A stretch of 64,000 bases of DNA, from the NCBI GenBank assembly GCA_028717805.1, contig JAQUNC010000003.1, forward strand, positions 28,924-92,923, given 5' to 3'. The translations under genes and the position numbers were made by a program. Positions 10,949 to 22,184 of the stretch are shown here, piece after piece; the stretch's first letter is position 1, and every line of letters starts with the position of its first letter. The DNA comes from Atribacterota bacterium (GTDB lineage Bacteria > Atribacterota > Phoenicimicrobiia > Phoenicimicrobiales > Stramentimicrobiaceae). Under the pieces are notes generated by a model. That model made no database searches and was not told the DNA's origin. It worked only from the letters and a program-made list of their open reading frames with translations.

Positions 10949-12151
10949 CTATTCAATAACCTCGGTAACCACTCCTGCAGCGATGGTTCTTCCGCCTTCT
11001 CGAATAGCAAAACGAACACCCTTTTCCATAGCAATGGGAGTAATTAATTCACCAGTTATAGTCAGGTTATCACCAGGCATAGCCATTTCTACTCCTTCTG
11101 GAAGCGCTACGGTACCGGTTACATCAGTAGTCCTGAAATAAAACTGGGGACGATAACCGCTGAAGATAGGAGTATGTCTTCCTCCCTCTTCTTTGGTAAG
11201 AATAATAATTTCTCCTTTAAATTTGGTATGAGGGGTAATGGTACCCGGGGCAGCAATAACCTGGCCACGTTTAACCTCTTTTTTGTCTATACCACGAAGG
11301 AGAATACCAACATTGTCACCAGCCTCAGCCTGATCCAGTAGTTTGCGAAACATCTCCACACCAGTTGCTACTGTCTTTTTCGGTCTATCACTCAATCCTA
11401 CTATCTCTACCGCGTCACCGACTTTAATTACTCCACGCTCTACTCGACCGGTAGCAACTGTTCCTCTACCAGTAATACTGAAGACATCCTCTACAGACAA
11501 GAGGAAGGGCTTATCTACATCACGTACTGGTGTAGAAATATAATTGTCTACAGCATCTAATAATTCCTGAATAGGTTTATAAGCCGGATCATCCGGTTTG
11601 GTTGGATCGGCTTCCATCGCTTTAAGAGCCGAGCCTTTAATAACTGGGATTTCATCACCAGGAAATTCATATTCACTAAGTAATTCTCTTACTTCCATCT
11701 CTACCAGGTCAATTAACTCAGGATCATCTACCATATCAACTTTGTTCAGAAAGACTACAATATAGGGCACTCCTACCTGCCGGGATAAGAGAATATGCTC
11801 TCGAGTCTGAGGCATAGGACCATCAGCTGCCGAGACTACTAGAATTGCACCATCCATCTGCGCCGCACCGGTAATCATGTTTTTGACATAGTCGGCATGA
11901 CCGGGACAATCAATATGGGCATAGTGCCTTTTGTCCGTTTCGTACTCAGCATGAAATACTGAGATAGTAATTCCTCTTTCTCTTTCTTCGGGAGCACGAT
12001 CGATTTCCTCAAAGGCCATAGCTTTAGCTAGCTTTTTACCAGATAAATATCTGGTAATTGCTGAAGTAAGAGTTGTTTTACCGTGATCAACATGACCAAT
12101 AGTCCCAACATTAACATGCGGCTTGGTACGGATAAACTTTTCTTTAGCCAT
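10949..12151 (-). CDS. tuf: Elongation factor Tu
   Basis: 400 aa with [33 protein letters not shown]-type N-terminus, [22 protein letters not shown] upstream. Confidence 0.98.
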   Translation of the reverse strand: MAKEKFIRTKPHVNVGTIGHVDHGKTTLTSAITRYLSGKKLAKAMAFEEIDRAPEERERGITISVFHAEYETDKRHYAHIDCPGHADYVKNMITGAAQMDGAILVVSAADGPMPQTREHILLSRQVGVPYIVVFLNKVDMVDDPELIDLVEMEVRELLSEYEFPGDEIPVIKGSALKAMEADPTKPDDPAYKPIQELLDAVDNYISTPVRDVDKPFLLSVEDVFSITGRGTVATGRVERGVIKVGDAVEIVGLSDRPKKTVATGVEMFRKLLDQAEAGDNVGILLRGIDKKEVKRGQVIAAPGTITPHTKFKGEIIILTKEEGGRHTPIFSGYRPQFYFRTTDVTGTVALPEGVEMAMPGDNLTITGELITPIAMEKGVRFAIREGGRTIAAGVVTEVIE

Positions 12152-12271
12152 TTTGTTTTTTTCCTCCTTAAAAGATTGCTTATTCTAATTCTTTTTTAAT
12201 TTATCTTGTTAAAAATTCTTTCTACAACAGTAATTATTAATTGAATTTTTTAAATATCCTTATCCAAACTC

Positions 12272-12348
12272 TGGAGCCCACGACCGGAGTTGAACCGGTG
12301 ACCTCATCCTTACCAAGGATGCGCTCTAACCAACTGAGCTACGCGGGC
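12272..12348 (-). tRNA. tRNA-Thr (anticodon GGT)
   Basis: Minus strand gcccgcg-ta-gctc-agttggtta-gagc-g-catcc-ttGGTaa-ggatg-aggtc-accgg-ttcaact-ccggt-cgtgggc-t-cca. All stems pair. Confidence 0.9.
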
Positions 12349-12353
12349 ACACA

Positions 12354-12440
12354 TGGTGGGGAGGGAAGGATTCGAACCTTCGAAGGCGTTCAGCCAACGG
12401 ATCTACAGTCCGCTCCATTTAACCACTTTGGTACCTCCCC
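12354..12440 (-). tRNA. tRNA-Tyr (anticodon GTA), long variable arm
   Basis: Minus strand ggggagg...gcgga-ctGTAga-tccgt-tggctgaacgcc(variable)-gaagg-ttcgaat-ccttc-cctcccc-a-cca. Confidence 0.9.
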
Positions 12441-12469
12441 AATAATAAAATATCTTACCACTTTACCAT

Positions 12470-12545
12470 TGGAGCCGATGATCCGATTCGAACGGATGAC
12501 CTGCTGATTACAAGTCAGCTGCTCTACCAACTGAGCTACACCGGC
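12470..12545 (-). tRNA. tRNA-Thr (anticodon TGT)
   Basis: Minus strand gccggtg-ta-gctc-agttggta-gagc-a-gctga-ctTGTaa-tcagc-aggtc-atccg-ttcgaat-cggat-catcggc-t-cca. Confidence 0.85.
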
Positions 12546-12586
12546 AACATAAAACATTATAGTTATTTTTATAGCTCAAGTCAATT

Positions 12587-13219
12587 CTATTTGTTAATTA
12601 AATCTATTTTCTTTTTTATCCTTTGTATGGCATTGTCTACACACTTGCTACTTTTCTTAAGTTTCAAGGCAATATCTCTATATGTTTTACCATCTAAATA
12701 TGCTTCTAATACTTTTCTTTCTAGATTTGACAGAAGATTATTCAATATAATTTTTAACTCTTGTAATCTTTCTCTACTTAAGAATATATTCATTGGATCA
12801 CTAATATTTAAATCATCAATTATATCTATTAAGGTCCTATCGCAGTACTCCACATTTTCAATAGGTTGATTCAAAGAAATACAGCAATTAAGAGGTTTAT
12901 GTTTTTTTCTAGAAGCTTTTTTTATGGCTGTAATAATCTGCCTACTAATGCATATTTCGGCAAATACTCTAAAAGAAGTTAATTTTGAATTATCATAATT
13001 TTGCAATGCTTTATAAAGCCCAATCATACCTTCTTGAATAATATCTTCAGTATCTGCACCAATTAAGAAGTATGCCCTTGCTTTCGTTTTTACCAGTCTT
13101 TTATATCTGTTAATTAGATAATGCTCAGCTAAAACATTCCCATTGTTAGCTAAATTTACTAATAATCTATCGTCATATTTTTCATAAATAATAAATGGTG
13201 TTTCTTTAAAAATCACCAA
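12587..13219 (-). CDS. sigH: Sigma-70 family sigma factor, SigH-like
   Basis: 210 aa with sigma region 2 (EDIIQEGMIGLYKALQNYD) and region 4 HTH (YLDGKTYRDIALKLKKSSKCVDNAIQRIKKK). It sits in the Firmicute sigH position between cysS/yacL-like genes and the rpmG-secE-nusG cluster. Confidence 0.75.
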   Translation of the reverse strand: MVIFKETPFIIYEKYDDRLLVNLANNGNVLAEHYLINRYKRLVKTKARAYFLIGADTEDIIQEGMIGLYKALQNYDNSKLTSFRVFAEICISRQIITAIKKASRKKHKPLNCCISLNQPIENVEYCDRTLIDIIDDLNISDPMNIFLSRERLQELKIILNNLLSNLERKVLEAYLDGKTYRDIALKLKKSSKCVDNAIQRIKKKIDLINK

Positions 13220-13448
13220 TATTAATACACCTACTTAATTTTTTTGATAATTTATATTAAAAACGTACCATTATAGCTGGTGTCTTTATGATACACCTAT
13301 AAGAGGAATCATATTGTTTCAGATAATATTAAAGAAATATACCAATTAGATGTTTATGGTAAAATTACTTTCAGATAATGTATCTGCAAAGAAGTTATTT
13401 TTTAGGATAAAATATTCCTTTCATTATAGACTTATTATTAAAATGTGA

Positions 13449-14876
13449 TCAAGTTTTTTTCCATCTTACCCCTTCTACTGTATCTTCAATTAAAATACCC
13501 ATTTTATTTAATTTTTCCCTGATTTGATCGGCAGTAATCCAATCTTTATTTTTTCTTGCTATTTCTCGAACATTTATTAATTTTTCTATCTCTTTTCTCG
13601 AAATTTGTTCTTGATTAATTGATTGTGATATAAATTTTAATCCTAAAATATTTACTCCATAATTTTCATAAAATTGTATAACCTTTACTATTGCTTCCAT
13701 ATTTTTATTCCTTGCTTCATTCAAATAGATATTCGTTTCTTTGGATAACAAATATAGAGTACTCAGAGCAACTGGAGTATTAAAATCATCATCCATTGCT
13801 TTAATAAATATATCCTCCATTTTTTCAACTTTTTCAATTAATTTTTTACTTTCTATATCCATTCCTTTATTAAGATGGTTTTTATTAGATAAAAAATTAA
13901 GATTAAAAAATGTATTGATTAGAGTTTCCATGCTATTTTTGGATTGTTCCATTTGTTCTAAAGAATAATTTAATGGACTTCTATAATGAGCTGATAATAA
14001 AAAATGTCTGATAACCGATCCATCATATTTATGAGACAATTCTCTTATAGTTAATATATTGTCCAATGATTTAGACATTTTTTTGTCATCAATTTTTAAA
14101 TAACCATTGTGTAACCAGTATTTAGCGAATGGCTTTCCACTAACAGCTTCACTTTGGGCAATCTCGTTTTCATGATGCGGAAATATTAAATCCTCGCCAC
14201 CGGCGTGTATATCAAAACTCTCACCAAGATATTTGGTAGACATTACTGAACATTCAATATGCCAGCCAGGACGTCCTGGACCCCAGGGGCTATCCCATTT
14301 TGGCTCTCCTTCTTTGGCTCTTTTCCAAAGGATAAAATCATAAGGGTTTTTCTTTCGTTCATCTATTTCAATCCTTGCTCCCACCTGTATTTCATTCAAA
14401 CTTTGTTTTGATAACTTTCCATAATCTTTAAATTTATTTACATCATAAAACACATCACCTTCAACTACATAAGTATACCCTTTTTCTTCTAACTTCTGTA
14501 TAAAATTAATAATATCAATAATATGTTCAGTGGCTCGGGGATAGTAATCAGCTCTTCCAATATTTAAAAAATCAGCATCCTGAAAGTATTCGTTAATATA
14601 TTTTTCCACTACCTTTAAATAGCAGCTCCCCAGCTCCTTTGCTTTGTTAATTATCTTATCATCGATATCGGTAAAATTAGATACATATTTTACCTTATAT
14701 TTCTTATATTTTAAATACCTTCTTAAAACTTCAAAAACCAAAAATGGTCTGGCATTGCCAATATGAAAGAAATTGTATACAGTTGGTCCGCAAACATACA
14801 TATTTACTTGTTTTTTATTAAGAGGGATAAATTCTTCTTTCTTTCTGGTTAGAGTATTGTATAACTGTAAACTCAA
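13449..14876 (-). CDS. cysS: Cysteine--tRNA ligase
   Basis: 475 aa. Class I aaRS motifs HIGN (..FHIGNARPF..) and KMSKS (KMSKSLDN). The Zn-binding CGPTVY N-terminus is typical of CysRS. Confidence 0.95.
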   Translation of the reverse strand: MSLQLYNTLTRKKEEFIPLNKKQVNMYVCGPTVYNFFHIGNARPFLVFEVLRRYLKYKKYKVKYVSNFTDIDDKIINKAKELGSCYLKVVEKYINEYFQDADFLNIGRADYYPRATEHIIDIINFIQKLEEKGYTYVVEGDVFYDVNKFKDYGKLSKQSLNEIQVGARIEIDERKKNPYDFILWKRAKEGEPKWDSPWGPGRPGWHIECSVMSTKYLGESFDIHAGGEDLIFPHHENEIAQSEAVSGKPFAKYWLHNGYLKIDDKKMSKSLDNILTIRELSHKYDGSVIRHFLLSAHYRSPLNYSLEQMEQSKNSMETLINTFFNLNFLSNKNHLNKGMDIESKKLIEKVEKMEDIFIKAMDDDFNTPVALSTLYLLSKETNIYLNEARNKNMEAIVKVIQFYENYGVNILGLKFISQSINQEQISRKEIEKLINVREIARKNKDWITADQIREKLNKMGILIEDTVEGVRWKKT

Positions 14877-14916
14877 TATTTTTTCCTCACTTTTCTGTTT
14901 ATTTATTTTAACTTTA

Positions 14917-16053
14917 TTATTTCTTCTTATAATTAGATTGTGTCTTTTTTACATAACTTATTTCATTGTTCTTTTTATTAATTCTTTCCTTTATTCTACC
15001 AAATATCATTCTTCCTGCTGGGGTTTGTAAAATACTTGTTACGGTAACTTTAACTTTTTCACCAATATTATTAATGCCATTCTCTACCACAATCATGGTT
15101 CCATCATCTAAATAAGCAACACCCTGACCAGATTCTTTTCCTTCTTTAATTATCTGAGTTATTAATTCTTCACCCGGTAATATAATAGATTTTAAAGCAT
15201 TAGCCAAGTCATTAATATTTAATACTGTTACATTCTCTAATTGTGCCAATTTATTCAGGTTATAATCATTAGTTAAAACCTTGGCATCAATTTCTTTTGC
15301 TAATTTTATTAACTTAGTATCAACAGTTTTTAATTCAGGGTAGTCACGGCTAATGATTTTTATTTTATTACTATGTATTTTATTTATCTTATTTAAAACA
15401 TCCAAACCACGTCTTCCCCTATTTCTTTTTAAAGGCTCGGAAGAATCAGCAATAGCTTGTAGCTCATTTAGGACAAAACGAGGTATAATTAGTTCACCTT
15501 CTAAAAAATCTGTTTGACAAATATCGGCAATTCTACCATCAATAATTACACTGGTATCCAATATCTTCAATTGATAATGTGAACTTCTTTCTCTTTTTTT
15601 AAATCTCTCAATATTTTTTTTGTAAAAATTAACACTTTCTTCCCTTTTGCTTAAACCAAGAGTAATACCCAATAAACCTAACGTTACGTTAAGTATGATA
15701 GGTAAATAATTACCAATAAAGGGAATGAAAGATAAGGAATATGCTAACAAATTGGCAATAATTAGTCCAATAATTAGACCTATTACGCCAGAAAGTATGT
15801 TTTGGGCAGGTATTCTTTGAAAATAGGCTACAATTATTTTCCCTAAATAACTTATTTTTTTATAACTAAGAATAAACAAAATAAATCCAAAAAAAATACC
15901 TATAAAAAATGATATAATAGGAATTAGCCATCTATACTGAGTTAATAAATCTAAGTCAGTAAAGACCTTTATGCCAGGGATAAGTTCATAACCAAATATT
16001 CCTCCTGCCAAAACAAAGAATAAACAAATAATTTTTTTGGCTAAACCTGACAA
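14917..16053 (-). CDS. Membrane-anchored PIN + TRAM domain protein (YacL-like)
   Basis: 378 aa: N-terminal TM helices, a PIN-like block ([15 protein letters not shown]...) and a C-terminal TRAM-like beta region ([22 protein letters not shown]). Same position as B. subtilis yacL, between radA and cysS. Confidence 0.8.
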   Translation of the reverse strand: MSGLAKKIICLFFVLAGGIFGYELIPGIKVFTDLDLLTQYRWLIPIISFFIGIFFGFILFILSYKKISYLGKIIVAYFQRIPAQNILSGVIGLIIGLIIANLLAYSLSFIPFIGNYLPIILNVTLGLLGITLGLSKREESVNFYKKNIERFKKRERSSHYQLKILDTSVIIDGRIADICQTDFLEGELIIPRFVLNELQAIADSSEPLKRNRGRRGLDVLNKINKIHSNKIKIISRDYPELKTVDTKLIKLAKEIDAKVLTNDYNLNKLAQLENVTVLNINDLANALKSIILPGEELITQIIKEGKESGQGVAYLDDGTMIVVENGINNIGEKVKVTVTSILQTPAGRMIFGRIKERINKKNNEISYVKKTQSNYKKK

Positions 16054-16236
16054 AATATTAACCTCCTCTATTCTTTTTTAGTTTATAGCATTATCCAGTA
16101 CTACACTATTTTTGTAAAATCCTCCCTTCAGAATAAAATATATATAATAACAATTATCTATTCATAAGTCTATCAAATTATATCATTTGCCAATATGGGT
16201 GTAAAGTGACCTCTTAAAATAGCATTTTTTGTCGCT

Positions 16237-17601
16237 TCATTTCTTTAGAAAGGATATTATTTCTTCTATATTCTGTAAAGCTTTGATTTCTAAATTGTTA
16301 AAATTACTTGACATTTGTTTAGCATTATCAAAAGGCATTATACTTTTTTTATATCCAATTTTTTGAGCTTCGCTAAGTCTCCTTTCACATAATCCCACTG
16401 TTCTAACTTCTCCAGTTAAACCTAATTCTCCAAAAACAATTGTATCAAGAGGAAGAGCTAAACCTTTCAAGCTGCTCAAAATTGCTACAGCTATCCCTAA
16501 ATCAATTGCTGGTTCACTTATCTTAATACCACCAGCGGTGTTAATGTAGATATCTTTATTTTGTAATTGTATTTTTAATTTATTTTCTAGTACTGCAATG
16601 ATTAATGATACTCTATTATAATCAACGCCTGTTGTTACCCGTCGAGGGTAATTCAGATATGAAGGACTGGTTAGAGCCTCAATTTCTACTGCTAATGGGC
16701 GGCTGCCTTCAAAAGTAATAGTAGTTACAGTTCCTGGAATAGGTTGGGATCGTGAAGATAAAAGAATTTTTGAAGGATTCAGAACTTCTTTCAAACCATT
16801 ATTTTCCATTTGAAATATTCCTAATTCGTTAGTAGTTCCAAATCTATTTTTAATACTCCTAAGAAGTCTGTAAGTTTGGAACCTTTCTCCTTCAAGATAC
16901 AATACAGTATCTACTATGTGTTCGAGTATTTTTGGTCCGGCAATTTCACCATCTTTTGTGACATGCCCTATAATAATTAATGCAATATTGTTTCTTTTGG
17001 CTATTTCCATTAATCTGGAAGTACAGCTCTTTACTTGAGTCGCACTTCCAGGAGCGGAGGGAATATTTTTATCATTAATAATCTGTATAGAGTCAACAAT
17101 CGCAATCTTTGGTTTTATGTATTTTATCTGAGCAATAATTTGTTCCAGTTCATTTTCAGATATTAGGTAAATCTGGTTTGAATTGACTGATAACCTACTT
17201 GCTCTTAAAGAAATTTGTCTTAATGATTCTTCTGCTGTAATGTAAAGAATTTTACCAACTTTTTCAGCTAATCGCGGAGTAATCTGTAAAGCTAAAGTAG
17301 ATTTTCCAATTCCTGGTTCTCCTCCAATTAAAGTGAGTGAACCAGGTACAATGCCACCTCCTAAAACACGGTCAAATTCCATAATACCTGTTTGGTATCG
17401 ATTTTCTTCTGAATTGAATTTTAATTTATTAATAGGCTTGGCAAGATCTTTTTTTAAAATTTTTATATAGGATATATTGCTCTCTAAAAAATCCTGTGGT
17501 AAAAGTGTATTCCATGATCCACAATTAGGACAACGACCTAACCACTGGGAGGTTTCAAAATTACACTTCTCACAACGATAATATTTTTTATTATTCTTCA
17601 T
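16237..17601 (-). CDS. radA: DNA repair protein RadA/Sms
   Basis: 454 aa with N-terminal C4 zinc finger (CEKCNFETSQWLGRCPNCGSWNTL), Walker A GEPGIGKST, and a Lon-like C-terminal domain. Confidence 0.95.
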   Translation of the reverse strand: MKNNKKYYRCEKCNFETSQWLGRCPNCGSWNTLLPQDFLESNISYIKILKKDLAKPINKLKFNSEENRYQTGIMEFDRVLGGGIVPGSLTLIGGEPGIGKSTLALQITPRLAEKVGKILYITAEESLRQISLRASRLSVNSNQIYLISENELEQIIAQIKYIKPKIAIVDSIQIINDKNIPSAPGSATQVKSCTSRLMEIAKRNNIALIIIGHVTKDGEIAGPKILEHIVDTVLYLEGERFQTYRLLRSIKNRFGTTNELGIFQMENNGLKEVLNPSKILLSSRSQPIPGTVTTITFEGSRPLAVEIEALTSPSYLNYPRRVTTGVDYNRVSLIIAVLENKLKIQLQNKDIYINTAGGIKISEPAIDLGIAVAILSSLKGLALPLDTIVFGELGLTGEVRTVGLCERRLSEAQKIGYKKSIMPFDNAKQMSSNFNNLEIKALQNIEEIISFLKK

Positions 17602-17652
17602 CGCTTAAGAAAAAAGGTTCTCCTCTAAAATTATTTATACTTATTATTCACT

Positions 17653-20133
17653 TCAGTTATAATTACTATAGAATTGTTCTTCGTTATTCTGATTATTTTT
17701 GATATCTTTCTTTTCAAAAACAATCTTCCCTTTCTTAGCTCCGATAGAAATATTGTCTCCCTCTTTAAACTCACCTGACAATATTTTTTCTGAAATTGGA
17801 TTTTCTACTAACCTTTCAATAGTCCTTCTTAATGGTCTGGCACCAAAGTTAGGATCATATCCTTCTTTTACTAAAATATCTTTTGCTCCTTTTCTGACAG
17901 AAAAGCTTATTTTTTGTTCTGACAATAATTCTCTGACTTCATTGAGCAGTAATTCTGCAATCTGCCTTATTTCATTTTCTGTAAGACTTTTAAAAACTAT
18001 CACTTCATCAATTCGATTAAGGAATTCCGGCCTGAATGTTTTATTCAATTCTCCCATTACACTATCTTTAATATCTTTATAGGACATCTGTTCGGGTTCA
18101 TTAGAGCTTCTAAATCCTAAAGAAGCTCCCTTTTTAATTAAGGTAGCTCCCACATTAGAAGTCATAATAATAACAGTATTCTTAAAGTCAACTACTCTAC
18201 CCTGGGCGTCGGTTAATCTTCCATCCTCAAATATCTGCAATAAAATATTAAAAACATCAGGATGTGCTTTTTCGATTTCATCTAACAATACCACAGAATA
18301 GGGACGTCTTCTTACTTTTTCAGTCAATTGACCACCTTCTTCATATCCAATATAACCAGGAGGTGCTCCAACCAACCTGGAAACTGCAAATTTTTCCATA
18401 TATTCGGACATATCTAAACTGATCATAGCATTTTCATCACCAAATAAAAATTCAGCTAGACTTCTTGCTAATTCAGTTTTACCGACACCTGTTGGTCCCA
18501 GGAAAATAAATGAACCAATGGGTCGCTTTGGATCTTTCATACCAGCTCGGGCTCTTCTAACAGCTCTGGCAATAGCCTTAATAGCATCATCTTGTCCAAT
18601 AATTCGTTTATGCAACTCCTCTTCCATCCTAATCAGCTTTTTCGCTTCTTCCTCCTTAAGGGAATATACCGGAACACCACTCCAGCTGGAAACAACTTCA
18701 GCTACATCTTCCACTGTGACCTCTATTTTATCTTTGGTTTTTCCAGTTTCCCAATCTCTTTTAATTTCATTATACTTCTCTTCATACTTTCTTTCTTTAT
18801 CTCTTAACTTAGCTGCTTTTTCAAATTCTTGTAACCTTACAGCAGCATCTTTCTCTTTTCTAATCTTTAACAACTGTTCTTCCACTTCTTTAACATCTGG
18901 TGGATATACTGTATTTCTTAATTTAACTCTCGATGCCGATTCATCAATTACATCAATTGCTTTATCTGGCAAAAATCTACCAGAAACATATCTCGCAGCC
19001 AATTTTACCGCAGCAATTAATGATTGATCAGTTATGGTTAATTTATGATGAGCTTCATATTTATCTCTTAATCCTCTGAGAATTTGTATTGCTTCTTCAA
19101 TAGTTGGTTCAGGAACATTAATAGGCTGAAAACGTCTTTCTAGTGCCTTATCTTTTTCAATATATTTCCTATATTCATCTGTTGTTGTAGCACCGATAGC
19201 TTGTATCTCTCCGCGAGCCAATGCAGGTTTTAATATATTTGAAGCATCAATAGCTCCTTCAGCAGCTCCTGCACCAACAAGGGTATGAAACTCGTCAATA
19301 AATAAGATTATATCATTTGAATTTTGGACTTCTTTAACTATTCTTTTCAGACGTTTTTCAAACTCACCTCTATATTTTGTACCAGCAACTATCAAAGCCA
19401 AATCAAGAGAGATTATTCTTTTATTTTTTAATATTTCTGGAACATCGTTATTGGCAATTTTTTGAGCTAAACCCTCCACAATAGCTGTTTTTCCAACACC
19501 TGCTTCTCCAATTAAGCAGGGATTATTTTTTTTTCTTCGGCTTAAAATCTGTATTACCCTTTGTATTTCATTATTCCTACCTACCACAGGATCCAATTTT
19601 TCTTCTCTGGCTAGATCGGTTAAATCTCTACCAAACTCATCTAATGTTGGAACTTTGCTTTCCTTTCTGATACCACTACTAGCAGTCTCTGGATGGTCAC
19701 TTTCCATTAATACTTTCATTACCTGTGAATAGATATTTTCTAAATCTAATCCCATTTCATTTAAGATTCTAGTTGCAACCCCACTACCTTCTTTGATTAA
19801 TCCCAGAAGTATATGTTCAGTTCCTATATAATTTTGACCTAATCGACTTGCTTCCTGAGAAGCTAATTCCAATACCTTCTTTGCTCTTGGAGTAAAAGTA
19901 ATTTCGCTTACTTCTTGATATTTCCCTCTTCCTACTATTTTTTCTATTTCTTCAGTAACTCTTTCTGCTTCAACACCTAATTCACGTAAGATTCTTCCAG
20001 CAATTCCTTCATTTTCTTTAACTAAACCAACTAATATATGTTCGGTACCTATATAATTATGATTAAGATTGACCGCTTCTTCTTGTGCCATCATAATCAC
20101 TTTTCTAACTTTTTCAGTGTATCGTTTAAACAT
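17653..20133 (-). CDS. clpC: ATP-dependent Clp protease ATP-binding subunit ClpC
   Basis: 826 aa: two N-domain repeats ([14 protein letters not shown] / [12 protein letters not shown]), two AAA+ modules ([15 protein letters not shown]; [15 protein letters not shown]), a UVR-like linker. Downstream of mcsB. Confidence 0.95.
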   Translation of the reverse strand: MFKRYTEKVRKVIMMAQEEAVNLNHNYIGTEHILVGLVKENEGIAGRILRELGVEAERVTEEIEKIVGRGKYQEVSEITFTPRAKKVLELASQEASRLGQNYIGTEHILLGLIKEGSGVATRILNEMGLDLENIYSQVMKVLMESDHPETASSGIRKESKVPTLDEFGRDLTDLAREEKLDPVVGRNNEIQRVIQILSRRKKNNPCLIGEAGVGKTAIVEGLAQKIANNDVPEILKNKRIISLDLALIVAGTKYRGEFEKRLKRIVKEVQNSNDIILFIDEFHTLVGAGAAEGAIDASNILKPALARGEIQAIGATTTDEYRKYIEKDKALERRFQPINVPEPTIEEAIQILRGLRDKYEAHHKLTITDQSLIAAVKLAARYVSGRFLPDKAIDVIDESASRVKLRNTVYPPDVKEVEEQLLKIRKEKDAAVRLQEFEKAAKLRDKERKYEEKYNEIKRDWETGKTKDKIEVTVEDVAEVVSSWSGVPVYSLKEEEAKKLIRMEEELHKRIIGQDDAIKAIARAVRRARAGMKDPKRPIGSFIFLGPTGVGKTELARSLAEFLFGDENAMISLDMSEYMEKFAVSRLVGAPPGYIGYEEGGQLTEKVRRRPYSVVLLDEIEKAHPDVFNILLQIFEDGRLTDAQGRVVDFKNTVIIMTSNVGATLIKKGASLGFRSSNEPEQMSYKDIKDSVMGELNKTFRPEFLNRIDEVIVFKSLTENEIRQIAELLLNEVRELLSEQKISFSVRKGAKDILVKEGYDPNFGARPLRRTIERLVENPISEKILSGEFKEGDNISIGAKKGKIVFEKKDIKNNQNNEEQFYSNYN

Positions 20134-20198
20134 TTTTCATTTTTCTCCATTTTTTAAGTATTTATAAAATTATTTACTCTAAATATTTTTTCTCTACC

Positions 20199-21278
20199 TT
20201 AATAATGTATAAACTCCTTTACTAACTCGGCTCTAACTAAATCTATTTCACTTTCATTCATTTTACTATTCCTTAATAGTTGTATATATCCTGGCTGTAT
20301 AATTAACATAAGCCTGTTAATTATATCATAGCCAATATTAGTCATAATACCTAATTCAATACCTAATCGAATTTTGGATAACAGGTCGATTGCTTCTACA
20401 ATATGTATAATCCTGGCATTAGTTAATATACCATAAGCTCGCATAATTTGATCTTCTATTCTTTTTCTGGAGTGTAACATTATTTCTTCTCGTGCCTTCT
20501 CTTCTGCATCAATCAATTGCTTACTTACTTTTTTTAATTTTTCAATAATCTCTTCTTCACTAAAGCCCAAGGTTATCTGATTAGATAGCTGAAATAAATT
20601 ACCCTGAAAATCTGTACCTTCTCCGTAAAATCCCCTCACTGCGTATCCCATCTTAGAAAGAGATGTCATTAAATCATTCAATTTGTTAATAGTTAATAAT
20701 CCCGGTAAATGTAACATGATAGAAGCTCTTAAGCCAGTGCCAATATTGGTAGGACAGCAGGTCAAAAAACCTTCATTCTCATTGAAAGCAAATTCAATTT
20801 CATTCATAATTTGGTCATCATAACAATTAATAATTTCCCAAACCTTTTCTAATTGAAAACCAGGTAACAAGCATTGTATTCTAAAATGATCCTCTTCGTT
20901 CACCATGATGCTGATCACCTCATCAGGTTTATAAAGAAAAGCGCGATAGGGATAATTTAACTGAGCTAAAGATATACTAATTAGACGTTTTTCAACCAAG
21001 AATTGGATATCCATATTAGCTAAATCATCAATTTTAATTATCTTAAAATCGCAAAAATGCTTATTGTTTTTTATTAGATTTTCAGTTTGTCCCATTATCT
21101 GCTTTAACTGATTATTAGTTGCTTTAAAGGGAAATGGAATATTACGTATGTTTCTAGCTAATCGTATTCTGGTACTTAATACAATATGATTAAAAGGACC
21201 ATCCCCTTTAGCCCATTGAGGGGTGGTATCTCGTAATTCACGTATGAGCATTGCATCTTTATTACTCATTATTTCCAT
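20199..21278 (-). CDS. mcsB: Protein-arginine kinase McsB (ATP:guanido phosphotransferase family)
   Basis: 359 aa with a phosphagen-kinase-like catalytic core (CPTNIGTGLRASIMLHLP). Sits between mcsA and clpC. Confidence 0.9.
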   Translation of the reverse strand: MEIMSNKDAMLIRELRDTTPQWAKGDGPFNHIVLSTRIRLARNIRNIPFPFKATNNQLKQIMGQTENLIKNNKHFCDFKIIKIDDLANMDIQFLVEKRLISISLAQLNYPYRAFLYKPDEVISIMVNEEDHFRIQCLLPGFQLEKVWEIINCYDDQIMNEIEFAFNENEGFLTCCPTNIGTGLRASIMLHLPGLLTINKLNDLMTSLSKMGYAVRGFYGEGTDFQGNLFQLSNQITLGFSEEEIIEKLKKVSKQLIDAEEKAREEIMLHSRKRIEDQIMRAYGILTNARIIHIVEAIDLLSKIRLGIELGIMTNIGYDIINRLMLIIQPGYIQLLRNSKMNESEIDLVRAELVKEFIHY

Positions 21279-21822
21279 TTTTTAAAGTCTTCTCTTCCTT
21301 AATAATCAAATCTCTTAGTTTAGCTGCTTCTTCATATTCTTCCCTTAAGATGGCCTGCTGCAACTCATTCTTAAATTTTTTTATTCTTTTTAATTTATGG
21401 AATCGTTCCTTAGTATCAAGAGGGGCTTTTCCGATATGTTGTAAATGACCATGTAGTCTCCCTAAGATTGGTTTTAATTGCTTCCTAAAATATTCATAAC
21501 ATTGACTGCAACCAAGTTTCCCTGATTGTATAAACTCATTATAAGTCATATGGCAATCAGGACAATTCATTTCATTACTTAATTTAACCAAATTTTCTGC
21601 TTTTTCATATTTTCCAAATGTATCTAAAAGATTATCTAATATCTCATTCATATTATATTGAGAAAAGGAAAAAGAAGAAATTGTATTACCTAAAAGACAT
21701 TGAGCACATTCTTTACAAACATGCAGTTCTGTTTTATATAATCCTACTAATTTAACAATAGTTACAGTTGCTTCGTTTTTTTTACATATTTGACAAATCA
21801 TTAATTTAACCTTATTTCCCAA
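21262..21822 (-). CDS. mcsA: McsA, activator of McsB (UvrB/C-motif zinc-finger protein)
   Basis: 186 aa with N-terminal CxxC pairs (CQICKKNEATVT...CKECAQ; CPDCHM...CSQCY) and a C-terminal UVR motif (LQQAILREEYEEAAKLRDLI). Confidence 0.8.
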   Translation of the reverse strand: MGNKVKLMICQICKKNEATVTIVKLVGLYKTELHVCKECAQCLLGNTISSFSFSQYNMNEILDNLLDTFGKYEKAENLVKLSNEMNCPDCHMTYNEFIQSGKLGCSQCYEYFRKQLKPILGRLHGHLQHIGKAPLDTKERFHKLKRIKKFKNELQQAILREEYEEAAKLRDLIIKEEKTLKNGNNE

Positions 21823-21869
21823 TTTTTAATTCCGTTCAATTATAGTTCATCAAAAAAATTTTTGTCAAA

Positions 21870-22154
21870 TTATTTGATAAATTTAATAACAAGTTCGATA
21901 ATTTCATCTATTGTACTCTGGTACATAGAAATATCATCTGAATATTTAAAACAAGAATATGCTTTCTCTTCCAACAGCAATTTATTGATGCAATTTAAGG
22001 CAGACTTAACAGCAGAAACTTGCATCAGAATATCAGCACAAGGTCTATTGTCAATGATCATATTTTGAATTCCTCTAATCTGTCCCTCTATTTTTTTTAG
22101 GCGATGTAGAATCTTTATTTTATTTATTTCCAAAATTTCCATTTCTCTTACCAT
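21870..22154 (-). CDS. CsoR/RcnR/FrmR-family (DUF156) transcriptional repressor, CstR-like (Cys39/Cys55/Cys68, no His at ligand positions). First gene of the mcsA-mcsB-clpC operon, where CtsR normally sits.
   Basis: 94 aa with the family core HRLKKIEGQIRGIQNMIIDNRPCADILMQVSAVKSAL....LLEEKAYSCF. The R-L-K-x-I-E-G-Q-x-R-G-I-x-x-M helix-1 signature and Cys-x28-Cys spacing match CsoR. His residues of Cu-CsoR are replaced by K64/Y66/S67. 47 nt upstream of mcsA. Confidence 0.8.
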   Translation of the reverse strand: MVREMEILEINKIKILHRLKKIEGQIRGIQNMIIDNRPCADILMQVSAVKSALNCINKLLLEEKAYSCFKYSDDISMYQSTIDEIIELVIKFIK

Positions 22155-22164
22155 ATACCAGATA

Positions 22165-22179
22165 TACCCCCCTAGGGTA
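22165..22179 (-). promoter_or_regulatory. GC-rich imperfect palindrome TACCCCCCTAGGGTA, candidate CsoR-family operator overlapping the TSS/SD of the clpC operon
   Basis: TACCC-N5-GGGTA arms sit between the -10 box and the start codon at 22154. CsoR-family operators are GC-rich inverted repeats of this type. Confidence 0.35.
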
Positions 22180-22184
22180 GTAAT

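Noticed and set aside
12241-12507. 88-aa plus-strand ORF
   Set aside because: It is the antisense read-through of three tRNA genes (Thr-GGT, Tyr, Thr-TGT). Composition reflects tRNA stems, not coding sequence.
18518-19027. 169-aa plus-strand ORF (and similar antisense ORFs listed in the track at 4159, 9043, 11343, 13741, 17699, 33559 and 48340)
   Set aside because: All are antisense to well-conserved genes (clpC, rpoB, rplK, tuf, cysS, mreB, rng), are low-complexity Ser/Leu/Phe-rich, and lack an RBS. They are typical shadow ORFs.
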